From Octopus vulgaris (Eukaryota): 64,000 nt of DNA. Shown piece by piece: positions 21,440 to 34,799 of the stretch (its first letter is position 1; every line of letters begins with the position of its first letter). The stretch is taken from assembly GCA_951406725.2 (NCBI GenBank), contig OX597837.1:11408001-11472000 (forward strand). Reading direction: 5' to 3'. The notes under the pieces are model-generated. The model had not been told where the DNA came from. It worked only from the letters and a program-made list of their open reading frames with translations, and made no database searches. Both the position numbers and the translations under genes were made by a program.

Positions 21440-22238
21440 TCTCTTTTATTCTTTTACTTGATTCAGTCATTTGACTGCGGCCATGCTTGAGCACCGCCTT
21501 TAGTCGAATCAAATCGACCCCAGAACTTATTCTTTGTAAGTCTAGTACTTATACTATCGGTCGCTTTTGCCGAACCGCTACGTGACGGGGACCTAAACAC
21601 ACCAGCATCGGTTGTCAAGTGATTTTTTTTTTGGGGGGGGGGGAATATATACGACAGGCTTCTTTCAGTTTCCGCCTACTAAATCCACTCACAAGGTTGT
21701 GGTCGGCCAAGGTGCCACGCAGTGAGACAGAAACCATGCGGTTGGGAAACAAACTTTTTACCACGCAGCCACTCCTGTGCCTATATATATATGTATTTTT
21801 TTTATATATGCATGTATATATGTATATATACTCTTTACTCTTTTTACTTGTTTCAGTCATTTGACTGCGGCCATGCTGGAGCACCGCCTTTAATCGAACA
21901 ACTCGACTCCGGGACTTATTCTTTTTGTAAGCCCAGTACTTATTCTATTGGTCTCTTTTGCCGAAACGCTAAGCAACGGGGACATAAACACACAAGCATC
22001 GTTTGTCAACCAATGCTAGGGGGACAAACACACTCACACAAACACACACACGCATATATATATATACATATATACGACGGGCTTCTTTCAATTTCCGTCT
22101 ACCAAATCCACGCACAAGGCTTTGGTCGGCCCGAGGCTATAGTAGAAGACACTTGCCCAAGGTGCCACGCAGTGGAACTGAACCCAGAACATGTGGTTGG
22201 TAAGCAAGCTACTTACCACATAGCCACTCCTGCGCCTA
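21440..22238 (-). mobile_element. Two tandem SINE family B copies
   Basis: Head ggcgcaggagtggct.tgtggtaag..gggttcagt, internal microsatellite, tail ccagcatggccgcagtcaaatgactgaaac. Confidence 0.85.
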
Positions 22239-22541
22239 TATAGTAATAATAAACAAATATAGAGAGTAAACAAAATAAATTTGTGATGGAAGACTTAGTG
22301 GCGTGCATAGAAAAAGGAGGAGAAGTAGGAGGTGGTGTAATACTGGAATCTTTTTCCTGATTAATTCGAAAAAACTTCTTTCGTATGGGTTTTCCTTCCT
22401 CTCTTTTTTATGTTTTTTTTTGTATGTTTTGGCTCGATTGTACAACGCCTTCGTTTTTATTTTATCTCATTCTTTTGCAGACGACCTAATCAACATACCA
22501 GTTCTTCAATATTTTAATTCATGCATACATACATACGTACA

Positions 22542-22601
<60 letters not shown>

Positions 22602-22782
22602 TTGTGTGTGTGTGTGTGTGTGAAATAATATATATACATATTATGTATATATATATGTATGTATATATATGTGTGTGTGTGTTGTAGCTATTTGTATCTA
22701 TTTACATATTTTTGGTGCTTATAAAAAACAAATGTTTGTTTATATTTATATACACGTGATATATACACATACACACACATAC

Positions 22783-22813
<31 letters not shown>

Positions 22814-22853
22814 GAAATATAATATATATAGAAAATAATATATATACATATTA

Positions 22854-22896
<43 letters not shown>

Positions 22897-23009
22897 GTGT
22901 GTATGTATATATATATAAAACATATATATATGTTCTAGCTATTTGTATCTACACATTTTGGCGCTTATAAAGAAAAGAGATGTTTGTTTTTAATTTTTAT
23001 ACACAAGTG

Positions 23010-23111
<102 letters not shown>

Positions 23112-24161
23112 ATGTATATATGTATATATGTATATATATGTGTGTATGTATGTATATACTTGCAACAGCATATCGGAGCTCATCAGTTTTGGTAAACAAT
23201 GAAGACAGGATTAAAAAGAATACGCCATATTAATTTTATATTTTTCATTCTACCATTTCGTTTTGGCAGCTTCCGATTTTCTTTAAGATTTGTTTGTATC
23301 GTGTTGCTGCTGCTACGGCTGCTGCTACTGCTGCTGCTACTGCTGCTGCTGCTTCTGGTATTTTCTTTTTGTTTATTGTTTTCTTTCCCTTTGTCTCTGG
23401 CTTTCTTAAAACAAACACGAGCCATTGACAAATGTGTGAGTGCGTGTGAAAGAGAGAGAGAGAGAGAGAGGGTGGATGGTTGGGTGTGTGTGCATGTGAG
23501 AGAGAAAGAGAGAGAGACACACAGACAGACATACAGACAGACAAACAGACTGACAGCAAAAGAACGCAAAAGACAAGAAAGTTAGTATATTTTTAATAAA
23601 ATATTTGACTTTTAGTTCCACTCACACACACACATACACGCACACACATATATATGCACGCACATACACGCACACACATATATATATATATACACATACA
23701 TATGTTCACAACGTGCACTCACTCACACTGTGATATACATGCGCACGCACATGCATATGCATATCTTTTATCTTTTACTCGTTTCCATTATTACACTGTG
23801 GCCACGCTGGGGTAACGCATAGAATAAATTCTAGTCGAACGAATCGATCCCAGTACTTTTGCTTACGATGTCTGGAGTCTGGCGCGTTTTCTATCAGACC
23901 TTTTAGCCGAACGGCTAACGTTACGGGGATGTAAACTCACGAACGCCGGTTCACTAGTGGTAATTGTGGCCAAACACAGACACGAATACACACACCTATA
24001 TATATATATATATATATATTTTCCAGTAAATATCGGTGCTTCGTTGTGCCATATATTTACTTCTATGTATAATTTTCCCTCACGGGCTATTCTTTACTGG
24101 AAAGCAATACTCTCGTATTGCATTACTATATATATATATATATATAAATATATATATATAT

Positions 24162-24962
24162 AGGCGCAGGCGTGGTTGTGTGGTATGCAGCTTGACAACC
24201 GATGGTGGCATGTCTACGCCCCCGTAACTTAGCAGTTCGGCAAGAGACACCGATAGAATAAGTACTAGGCTTACAAAGAATAAGTTCTGGGGTCGATTTA
24301 TTCGGACTAAAGGCAGTGCTCCAGCATGGCCGCAGTCAAATGACTGAAACAAGTAAAAGAGTAAAAGAATAAAAGAATAAAAGAGTAAAAGAGTAAAAGA
24401 ATAAAAGAATAAGAGAATAAGAGAATACAGGTGTTGCGCTGCGGAATGAACCCTCGTTGGATGAAGATGGAAAATAAAAAAGCAAATTTATGCAGCATTT
24501 ACTATTATTTCTTCTTTCTTTTCTTTCTTTCTTTCTTTCTTTCTTTCTTACTCTTTACTCTTTTACTCTTTTACTTGTTTCAGTCATTTGACTGCGGCCA
24601 TGCTGGAGCACCACCTTTAGTCAAGCAAATCGACCCCGGGACTTATTCTTTTGTAAGCCCAGTACTTATTCTATCGGTCTCTTTTGCCGAACCGCTAAGT
24701 GACGGGGACATAAACACACCAGCATCGGTTGTCAAGCAATGCTAGGGGGACAAACGCAGACACACAAACATATACACACACTTATATATATATACATATA
24801 TACGACAGGCTTCTTTCAGTTTCCGTCTACCAAATCCTCTCACAAGGCATTGGTCGGCCCGGGGCTATAGCAGAAGACACTTGCCCAAGATGCCACGCAG
24901 TGGGACTGAACCCGGAACCATGTGGTTGGTAAGCAAGCTACTTACCACACAGCCACTCCTGT
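24162..24962. mobile_element. SINE family B copies in tail-to-tail orientation (24162-24428 +, 24550-24962 -)
   Basis: Same family sequence with (GTAAAAGA)n tails. Confidence 0.85.
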
Positions 24963-25220
24963 TTTTTTTGTTTTTTTCGTTTTCCTTGCTTCGGTATTCG
25001 TTGAGTTACTTGTGTTTCTAAGAATCGACTCATTTGTTGTGATGTGTAATAACTACGCGGATGTCTAAGCTGAGACGTAGCTATTTCTGTTTGTTTCTAT
25101 GGCGAAGTAGCGCAAGCGATATAAATGGACGCACAGGAGAACTCAAAGGGGAAAAGAAAGGGCAGAATGTAAGGAAAGGAAAAGAGAGCGTCGGAAGGAG
25201 GGAGGGAGGGAGGGAGGGAG

Positions 25221-25257
25221 GAGGAGGAAGAAGAAGGAGAAGAAGAAGAAGAAGAAG

Positions 25258-25288
<31 letters not shown>

Positions 25289-26205
25289 GGAAGAAGAAGA
25301 AGAAGAAGAGGAAGAAGAAGAAGGAGAAGAAGAAGAAGAACTACAAGAAGAAGGAGAAGAAGAAGGAGAAGGAGAAGAAATAGTAAGAAGAAGAAAAGAT
25401 AGAAGAAGAAGAAGAAGAAGAAGGAGAAGTGGAAGAAGAAGAAGAAGTGGAAGTAGAAGAAGAAGAAGAAGAAGAAGAAGAAGAAGAAGAAGAAGGAGAA
25501 GAAGAAGTGGAAGAAGAAGAAGAAGAAGAAGAAGAAGAAGAAGAAGAAGAAGAAGAAGAAGGAGAAGAAGAAGTGGAAGAAGTAGAAGTAGAAGAAGAAG
25601 AAGGAGAAGAAATAGTAAGAAGAAGAAAAGATAGAAGAAGAAGAAGAAGAAGAAGGAGAAGTGGAAGAAGAAGAAGAAGAAGTGGAAGTAGAAGAAGAAG
25701 AAGAAGAAGAAGAAGAAGAAGAAGGAGAAGAAGAAGTGGAAGAAGTAGAAGAAGAAGAAGAAGAAGAAGAAGAAGGAGAAGAAATAGTAAGAAGAAAAGA
25801 TAGAAGAAGAAGAAGAAGAAGAAGAAGAAGGAGAAGTGGAAGAAGAAGAAGAAGAAGAAGAAGAAGAAGAAGAAGAAGAAGAAGAAGAAGAAGAAGAAGA
25901 AGAAGAAGAAGAAGAAGAAGAAGAAGGAGAAGAAGAAGAAGGAGAAGAAGTAGAAGAAGAAAAAGAAGAAGAAGAAGAAGAAGAAGAAGAAGAAGAAGAA
26001 GAAGAAGAAGGAGGAGAAGGAGAAGAAATAGTAGAAGAAGAACTACAAGAAGAAGGAGAAGAAGAAGGAGAAGAAGAAGAAGAAGAAGAAGAAGAAGAAG
26101 AAGAAGAAGAAGAAGAAGAAGAAGAAGAAGAAGAAGAAGAAGAAGAAGAAGAAGAAGAAGAAGAAGAAGAAGAAGAAGAAGAAGAAGAAGAAGAAGAAGA
26201 AGAAA
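25221..26205. repeat. ~1-kb (GAA)n purine tract with higher-order variant units
   Basis: Variant gaaatagtaagaag..aaaagatag recurs at about 25377, 25609 and 25781. Confidence 0.95.
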
Positions 26206-26603
26206 GGAGATGATGATGATTCTGAAAGAAAAGCGAAAAGAGGAGGGCGTGGATGTAGAGGGGGAGTTGGAGAGGGTTGAGGTGGATGAGGAAGAAGAGG
26301 AGGTGGATGAGGAAGAGATGGCGAAGGAGGAAATATTTTCACCAAACAGCGGCAACAAATACAGATAACAACAAGATTCCAGTGGGAACGAAACATAAAC
26401 AACAAAGAAGAAGAAGAAAACAAGAATGACAAGAATAAGTACTGGGGTCGATTTGCTCGAATAAAGGCGGTGCTCCAGCATGGCCGTAGTCAAATGACTG
26501 AAAGAAGTAAAAGAGTATATGTAAATATCGAACTATGAAAATGAGTGCTCAACGTCGCATTGGTGGATATATTTTCTTTCTCATATACGTATATATGTGT
26601 AAG

Positions 26604-26990
26604 TGGAGGCGCAATGGCCCAGTGGTTAGGGCAGCGGACTCGCGGTCGTAGGATCGCGGTTTCGATTCCCAGACTGGGCGTTGTGAGTGTTTATTGAGCG
26701 AAAACACCTAAAAAGCTCCACGAGGCTCCGGCAGTGGGGTGGTGGTGATCCCTGCTGTACTCTTTCACCACAACTTTCTCTCACTCCTACTTCCTGTTTC
26801 TGTTGTACCTGTATTTCAAGGGGCCAGCCTTGTCACTCTCTGTGTCACGCTGAATATCCCCGAGAACTACGTTAAGGGTGCACGTGCCTGTGGAGTGCTC
26901 AGCCACTTACACGTTAACTTCACGAGCAGGCTGTTCCGTTGATCGGATCAACCGGAACCCTCGTCGTCGTAACCGACGGAGTGCTTCCAA
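26604..26990 (+). mobile_element. SINE family C
   Basis: tRNA-like head ggaggcgcaatggcccagtggttagggcagcggactc..gtttcgattcc; 3' half also present at 47424-47640 (minus). Confidence 0.8.
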
Positions 26991-27421
26991 TATATGTGTA
27001 TGTGTACATGTGTTTGTGCGAGTGTATATGTGCCTTGAGTGTGTGTGTGTGTGTGTGTATTTGTGTGTGTGTGTGTGTGTGTGTTGTGTGCGTGTGCAAA
27101 TAATTTTGCTAAATACATTCGTAAGAAAGTTGATCTGAACACCGGTATAAAACAAATGCGACGTGACATAGTAAAATTGAGCTAAGTCTATTAACACGTA
27201 ACAAAAGAAAAAGAAAACAAGTCTCAAATACCAAACTAAGTCGATATAAAAGTTGATGTTTCGTGACCTATTAGCGTTGACAAAATACGTGCACTTTTAA
27301 TCTTGGCTGTTTACTTATCAAATAACAGATGCTGTAGTTCACCATCAGAAATCTATAACTGTCCAGAAATTATTACACGATTTGATGGTAAGATCGTGTG
27401 CGGAAAGCACTGGGCAATATT

Positions 27422-27982
27422 CTATTCTACTCTAGGTATAAGGCCCGGAATTTTGGAGGGGGGGGGGGGGCAGTCGATTAGATCGGCCCCAGTAAGCAAC
27501 TAGTACTTAATTTATTGGCTCCGAAAAGATGAAAGGCAAAGTCAACTTCGGCGGAATTTGAACCCAGAATTTGAACTGTAAAGACAGACGAAATACCCAT
27601 TTCTTTACTACCCACAAGGGGCTAAACACAGAGGAGACAAACAAGGACAGACAAACGGATTAAGTTGATTATATCGACCCCAGTGCGTAACTGGTACTTA
27701 TTTAATCGACCCCGAAAGGATGAAAGGCAAAGTCGACCTCGGCGGAATTTGAACTCAGAACGTAACGGCAGACGAAATACCTATTTTTTTACTACCCACA
27801 AGGGGCTAAACACAGAGGAGACAAACAAGGACAGACAAACGGATTAAGTCGATTACATCGACCCTGAAAGGATGAAAGGCAAAGTCGACCTCGGCAGAAT
27901 TTGAACTCAGGACGTAACGGCAGACGAAATACCGCTAAGCATTTCGCCCGGTGTGCTAACGTTTCTGCCAGCTCGCCGCCTT
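27422..27982 (-). mobile_element. SINE family A multimer (one head, three body units)
   Basis: Repeated gaaaggatgaaaggcaaagtcgacctcggc units; flanked by agca(c/t)tgggcaatatt TSD. Confidence 0.85.
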
Positions 27983-28354
27983 AGCATTGGGCAATATTAA
28001 CACAGACATCAACAGACACACATACACATGATTACATTAACACAAATACACACAGCTCTGCTGGGTCATAGCAGGACTAACAACCCCTTGTTATGAGGTT
28101 ATGATGCTTATAATACTTAAGGCGGCGTAGAGCTGGCAGAAAGGTTAGTACGTCAGGTGGAATGGTTAGCGGTATTTCGTCTGTCTTTACGTTCTCTCTC
28201 TCTCTCCCTTTGTCTTGAGTAATCCCTTTTCCATCTGATCCCCTATTTCTTTAATTCTAGCCTCTTCGCCCTGTGCCCTTCTCTCTCCCTCTCTTTTTCC
28301 CTCTGAGGGTTCCCTCTATTTCTGGCCCCTTCTCTTTTTCTGCCTGTCTAATTC

Positions 28355-28416
<62 letters not shown>

Positions 28417-28541
28417 CTCTCTCTCTCTCTCTTTTTCTCTGTCTCTGTCTCTGTCTGTCTGTCTGTCTCTCTCTCTCTGTCTGTCTGTCTGTCTCTCCCT
28501 CTCTCCCTCTCTTTTTCTCTCTGTCTAATTCTTTCTTTCTT

Positions 28542-28575
<34 letters not shown>

Positions 28576-29051
28576 TCATGCCTACACCAAGGATTATCTT
28601 CAGCTACATGATTCATAACTAAGACGTTCACTTGTATTATCCATCCACCCGTAACAAAAGTAGACTCGAGAGTAGTGACCCCTGTGTGGCATTAACCAAC
28701 AATCAGAACAGGTGCTGGTGTGGCTGTGTGGTAAGAAGCTCGCTTTCCGGCCACATAGTTCTGGGTACAGACCCACTGCATGGCACAATGGCTGAGTGTC
28801 TTCTGCTAGAGCCTCGAGCTGACCAAAGCCTTGTGAATGGATTTGGTAGAAGGAAACTGAAAGAAGCCCGTCGTATATATAAATATGCGTCTGTGTGACT
28901 TTGTATGTCCTCCCTCACTTGAGAATCGGTTTTGGTTTGTTTACGAAATTCAACAAAAGAGATCTTTGTACAGGCGTCGATTTGTTCGACTAAAATTTTT
29001 TCAATGCTCCAGCACGGCCGCATTTCATTGACTGAACAAAGTAAACGATAT

Positions 29052-29252
29052 AAGATTCATTACGTGACATTCACCAAGATTCACTGTCTGACATTAACGA
29101 AGAATCACAGCATGATCTTAACCAACTTCCACTTCATGACCTTTGCCGAGATTTACTGCCTGGCGTTAACTGAAGTTCACAACGTGGCATGATCTAAAGT
29201 TCACGACGTGACCTTACTAAACTTCAACAGGCTGATCTTCACCGAAATTCAT
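29052..29252. repeat. Highly diverged 24-bp minisatellite (~8 units)
   Basis: Units such as aagattcactgtctgacattaacg, aagaatcacagcatgatcttaacc, gaagttcacaacgtggcatgatct. Confidence 0.7.
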
Positions 29253-29489
29253 AATAGAAATATCTATCTATCTATATATACAAAATAAGAAAATGGAGGA
29301 ATTCACTTTAATCAATCATCAACTACCAGATAATACCCACTCACATAATTTATTAACCAACTACATGGGAACATCAAGGTCAAACACAATAATACAGAAC
29401 AAAACAGTACACATCAATGAGTAATATAATGCCATAAGTACAATACGTATAAATAAATATAAATAAATATAAATATAAATATAAACTAG

Positions 29490-29608
29490 ATCTTACAGCT
29501 GTTTCAGCCATGTAGATAGGAGTATCTCATTATGCTCATATTAGCCAGGTGTGTTAAGGTAATATGTGGTTATAAATGAGATACTTACATATATATCTCT
29601 TCAGAGAT
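29490..29608 (-). ncRNA. Hammerhead fold with long stem II insertion in a PLE-like 3' end (family spans about 29280-29620)
   Basis: atct-CTGAAGA...GAAAC-agct-GTA-agat; internal hairpin agtatctcatt/aatgagatact; base of stem II is deleted relative to the 39349 copy. Confidence 0.5.
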
Positions 29609-29920
29609 TATAAAGTACAATTATATTTAAAATAATATATTTAGAATAAATAGAGCTAAAAGTAAAAGGGAGTACGATTCGAGAGCTGTTTAATGAGCAC
29701 TACACTTGTTTCAATACAACACAGATCCACAAACATACAGGATTTAAATTTAAATTAAGTAACGGTTTACCTGTATAATAGGGCCTAGTTTGTATCTCCT
29801 CAGGTGATATAAAATTCCTGTCTCTGTAAGTAAATCTTTGATATCGATGCTATCACATCCAACTGGTCCCTTTGAATCTTTCACACACGAGGAATGCTTA
29901 AACCTAGAATTGGTACTATA

Positions 29921-30155
29921 CCTATTTCTTCACTACCCACAAGGGGCTAAACACAGAGAGGACAAAAAAGGACAGGCAGACTGATTAAGGCAATTACATT
30001 GACCCCAGTGCGTATCTGGTACTTAATTTATCGACCCCGAAAGGATGAAAGGCAAAGTCGACCTCGGCGGAATTTGAACTCAGAACGTAGAGGCAGACGA
30101 AATACCGCTAAGCATTTCGCCCGGCGTGCTAACGTTTCTGCCAGCTCGCCGCCTT
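29921..30155 (-). mobile_element. SINE family A
   Basis: Full head and tail; aattggtac(t/c)atacc flanking duplication. Confidence 0.85.
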
Positions 30156-31374
30156 TAATTGGTACCATACCATAATACTGCCGGATATCTGGTAATTCTA
30201 AGGGTGAACGAGCTCTATTTTGTACTCTAATAAGTTCTGAACAGAATACACTGCAACCAATATATACATATTTATATACATACATATATACATATACACA
30301 TACTTCAAGTTCGCTTTGTATATGCATATACAAGCTTCTATTTTATTATACTCAAAGAACAAAATCAGTATTGATTGCCAAAAAGCAACAAACTGTGCGA
30401 TGACGCATAAAATGTAAGCCATGGGCCGAATCTTATCCGTTCAAGTGCTAAAACCGTCAAAAGTTGGATCGATAGAATGGCGGGTTACATATAAGGTCGG
30501 TTAATTGAAAAGCTTCATGATCGAAATTTATCCAAACAGCTGAATGGCTCTGCCGTCTGTAATAGTGTCATCTTACTAATGGCATCTTCAAGGTATTTTG
30601 ATAACGATGCGTTTTAAGAGGAATTGCTTTTTGCTGAAAACCAGAGACAAAAACAAAGAGTGATTCTTTCTTTTAATTGTCTCAATTTCTGTGCGTTTTA
30701 TTTGAATACAATATCTCCGTTGATATTATTTCTTGTGAAATGTATGGCGCTACCAGTATGATTGGTCGATATCGGAGTTTAATATTATATTGTAAAAGAA
30801 CTGTTCAATGTGACTACGATGTGCTGCATAATTCATAAGCTTCGTCTTGTTGCAAAAACATTTCTTCCCCGACCTACATCGACCGTTCCAAATAAGAGCA
30901 AAGACAATCAATACGACCAAAAATTCAACAAAATGTGATTGAATAGTTCAATAATTATGCACCAAAAGAGAGAGAAAAAAACCCAGGAAGGCTTTTGACA
31001 AATCCCTCCGTGATACACAAAGACGGTGACTTTATAAGGACAATTGTCTTTAGAATTATTTGACAATGTCGTGAAATATTTCTTCGATGTGAGTACTCAA
31101 TAATCAACGGCACTTTCTATAAGATAAGCTCTTTTTTTATAAAGTTAATCTAAAGCTTCAAGGAAAGAACATGAACTGTATTGGTTTCTACTTTTAGCAG
31201 ATGATCAGCAATTCAGGTGGAGGAGGAGGGGATCAGTCAATTACATCGATCCCAGGGCTCAGCAGGAAAGACAAAGTCGACCTCGGCGGAATTTGAACTC
31301 AGAACATTAAGAGCGGCTATGCATTTTGCATTTTGCCCGATGTGCTAACGATTCTGCCAAGTTCGCTGTCTTCA

Positions 31375-31388
31375 CTACTACTACTACT

Positions 31389-31433
<45 letters not shown>

Positions 31434-31487
31434 ATGACGATTGCGATGATGATGAAGACAACGACGATGATGGCGATGATGATGATA

Positions 31488-31518
<31 letters not shown>

Positions 31519-31607
31519 GCATGACGACGACGACGACGACGATGATGATGATGATGATGAAAATGACGGTGATTATGGAACACTTGTGACTGTGTATACG
31601 TGTTTCT

Positions 31608-31647
<40 letters not shown>

Positions 31648-31700
31648 CAGACAGTCAGACAGACAGACTAACTGACAAACAGAGGCTGTGTGTGTGTATG

Positions 31701-31732
<32 letters not shown>

Positions 31733-32006
31733 CGCCCGTGTGTGTGTGTGTGTGTAGTGTCATGAAACTTGGAACAGAAATCAATAAGAGGTAATCGATG
31801 TCAGTATGATCGAAACGGCGAATCATTTGCTTCCGTTCGATGATGACAGAGCGTCCCTTTGCTTCCGTCACATTCTTGAAACCCGTTTCCTCCGAAGGTC
31901 AAACGGTCGACATCTTTTGCAAGGGAAGTCTTTCAATAAAATCGCAGATCACCAATTAATGGAGGGCGAGTTTTTCATGTCGTCGGCATTGTTGTCGTTA
32001 AAACTG

Positions 32007-32086
<80 letters not shown>

Positions 32087-32949
32087 TGTGGTGGTGGTGG
32101 TTGTCATCGTCGTGTTATGGTGGTAGTAGTAGTAGTAGTAGAAGTAGTGGTGGTGGTGGCGTTGGACATGGTGTTGATGGTAGTGTTGGTGGTGGTAGTG
32201 TTAGTGGTGGTAGTGGTAGTGATGGTGGTGCTGGTATTGATGTTGGTGGTGGTAGTAGTAGTAATAGTAGCGCTAGTGTTGATGATGGTTGTGGTGGTAG
32301 TGGTGGCGGTGATGGTAGTGGTGGTGGTGGTGGTGGTGGTGGTGGTAGTTGTGGTGAAGGCGGTACCGGCAGTGACGGTTAAAGAAAGAACGACATTCCT
32401 ACTTTGAATACAACTACTCAACCATTCCAAAAATCATCGTTTGATGGTGGATGGCAGATATGGGTTGGCAGATGATGGTTAGCAGATGAGGGACGGTGGA
32501 GCTTCGACGTAAATGATTTTATTCACAAAAACATAAATCATACTTCCATCATCTGTGACCCACTTCCTACAAAAGAAACCAAAAATTGGACAAGAAACAA
32601 CACGGAAATCGAACCCGGATTCTACAGCTTTGAAATTCTCTGGCGATTAACATGAACCGGCATCGATTTTAAGTTCTTGTTGTAGTTTTCTTGTTTTCTT
32701 TCTTTTTACCGAAGATATTTTCCTAATCCAATTCTAAGACCATTTATCGTATTTCATGGTGGAATTTCGTGTTAAAACATACTTGGGAATCAATAACGAG
32801 AAAGAACTGCAGAAAAACAACAACAACAACAACAACAGCAATTAACAACGGCAACAACAACAACACCACCAATAGTAACAACATAAACAATAACAACGAA
32901 AATAACTACCAGCAACGATACCAATAATGATGAAATTAATAATTTTAAG

Positions 32950-32984
<35 letters not shown>

Positions 32985-33369
32985 GGTGGTGGTGGTGGTG
33001 GTAGATGTGACGACGATGAAGAAGAAATATGAAGAATGAAGTATCGAAGAATGGAAGAAGAAGAAGAAGAAGAAGAAGAAGAAGGAGGAGGAGGAGGAGG
33101 AGTAGAAGAATAGGAGGGAAAAGAAGAAGAATAGGAGGAAAAAGAAAAAGAAGAAGAAGAAGAAGAAGAAGAAGAAGAAGGAGAAGAAGAAGAAGAAGAA
33201 GAAGAAGAAGAAGAAGAAGAAGGAGAAGAAGAAGAAGAAGAAGAAGGAGAAGGAGAAGAAGAAGAAGAAGAAGAAGAAGAAGAAGAAGAAGAAGAAGAAG
33301 AAGGGCTTTCTGTGAGAAAATTATTTAAACTAACAACCTAAAAAGAAAACGATGATGATGATGATGATC

Positions 33370-33403
<34 letters not shown>

Positions 33404-33797
33404 TAGGAGACATCATTCAAAATAATGTACTGAAAAACAAGGTCGGGGGTTTATTTCTTGAAATAAAAGGTGGAGTTTTATTGGTTAAAAATACCATTCT
33501 TCTTCGAGTTCATGTCGTTTTACTTTCATTTCTCTCAACATTTTCCGTTAAGTCTTTCTCTTCTCATCTTGCATTCTTTGTTTTATTTCTTTCCTTATCT
33601 TCAAGGCTCTATCTGTTTCCAAGAAAGGCGTAAAAGCGGAACAAACAATACGCAACACATCCTGTTTGTTAATCACATCAAACAGCCGCCATGTTAAACC
33701 GCCGTTCTCTGTTCGAAAGATTAAACAGTGAAACGATTGACGGAATATGTTTTCGAGGAATCTTAACAAAAAAGAACAATGAAAGCCAACAACAACA

Positions 33798-33832
<35 letters not shown>

Positions 33833-33994
33833 TCTGTTGTGTCTGGGGAGAGTCATTCTCTTTTAGTGCCTTATTATTTAACACACTAACCGGTAAAGGC
33901 ACTAAAAGAGAATGACTCTCCCCAGACACAACAGAATATGCTTCAACACCCGAACTCATATAAAGAATCTTGCAAACCAAATCCAAAAACGAAA

Positions 33995-34091
<97 letters not shown>

Positions 34092-34283
34092 TGAAGAAGA
34101 GGAACAAAAACAACAACACCTACTACTACTACTACAGCTACAACAACAACAATAATATTAATAATAATGATTTCTTTTATTGGCCACAAGGGCCCAAAAC
34201 ACGAAGGACAATAATAACCCGCTGCCACATAAATCCTACCATGAATAAAAGTGAATCTGAGCCAAACTATGATAATGATGATA

Positions 34284-34329
<46 letters not shown>

Positions 34330-34373
34330 CGATGATGATGATGATGATGACGACGATGATGACGATGACGATG

Positions 34374-34445
<72 letters not shown>

Positions 34446-34645
34446 CTCAAGTTTTAAAACAAATATACTTTTCGTTTTTTTTTGTTTTGTTTTTTTGACA
34501 TTCACTAGTACAACACTAAATACAAAACCAAATATATGGCACACTAGGCATAACAACATCACGAACTTCCAACCTGTTGTCTCTTGAGGTCTCTGGGTGA
34601 GACCTGGAGCCAACTTGTACAAATATAAAGCAAAAGTCAAACATA

Positions 34646-34699
<54 letters not shown>

Positions 34700-34736
34700 C
34701 AACAACAACAACAACAACGACGACAACAACAACAAC

Positions 34737-34790
<54 letters not shown>
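31375..34790. repeat. Cluster of trinucleotide microsatellites (GAT, TAG/TGG, CAA, GAA, AAT) separated by unique or TE-derived spacers
   Basis: Direct reading. Confidence 0.9.
33832..33938. repeat. Fold-back of a short interspersed element end (~41-bp arms)
   Basis: attctgttgtgtctggggagagtcattctcttttagtgcct versus aggcactaaaagagaatgactctccccagacacaacagaat; same family at 61993-62053 and 63420-63480. Confidence 0.8.
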
Positions 34791-34791
<1 letters not shown>

Positions 34792-34799
34792 GAGGAAAA

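Noticed and set aside
26604-26680. tRNA gene calls for A/B-box sequences (also SINE A and B heads, and 35885-35965)
   Set aside because: They continue into SINE bodies or lack a complete cloverleaf
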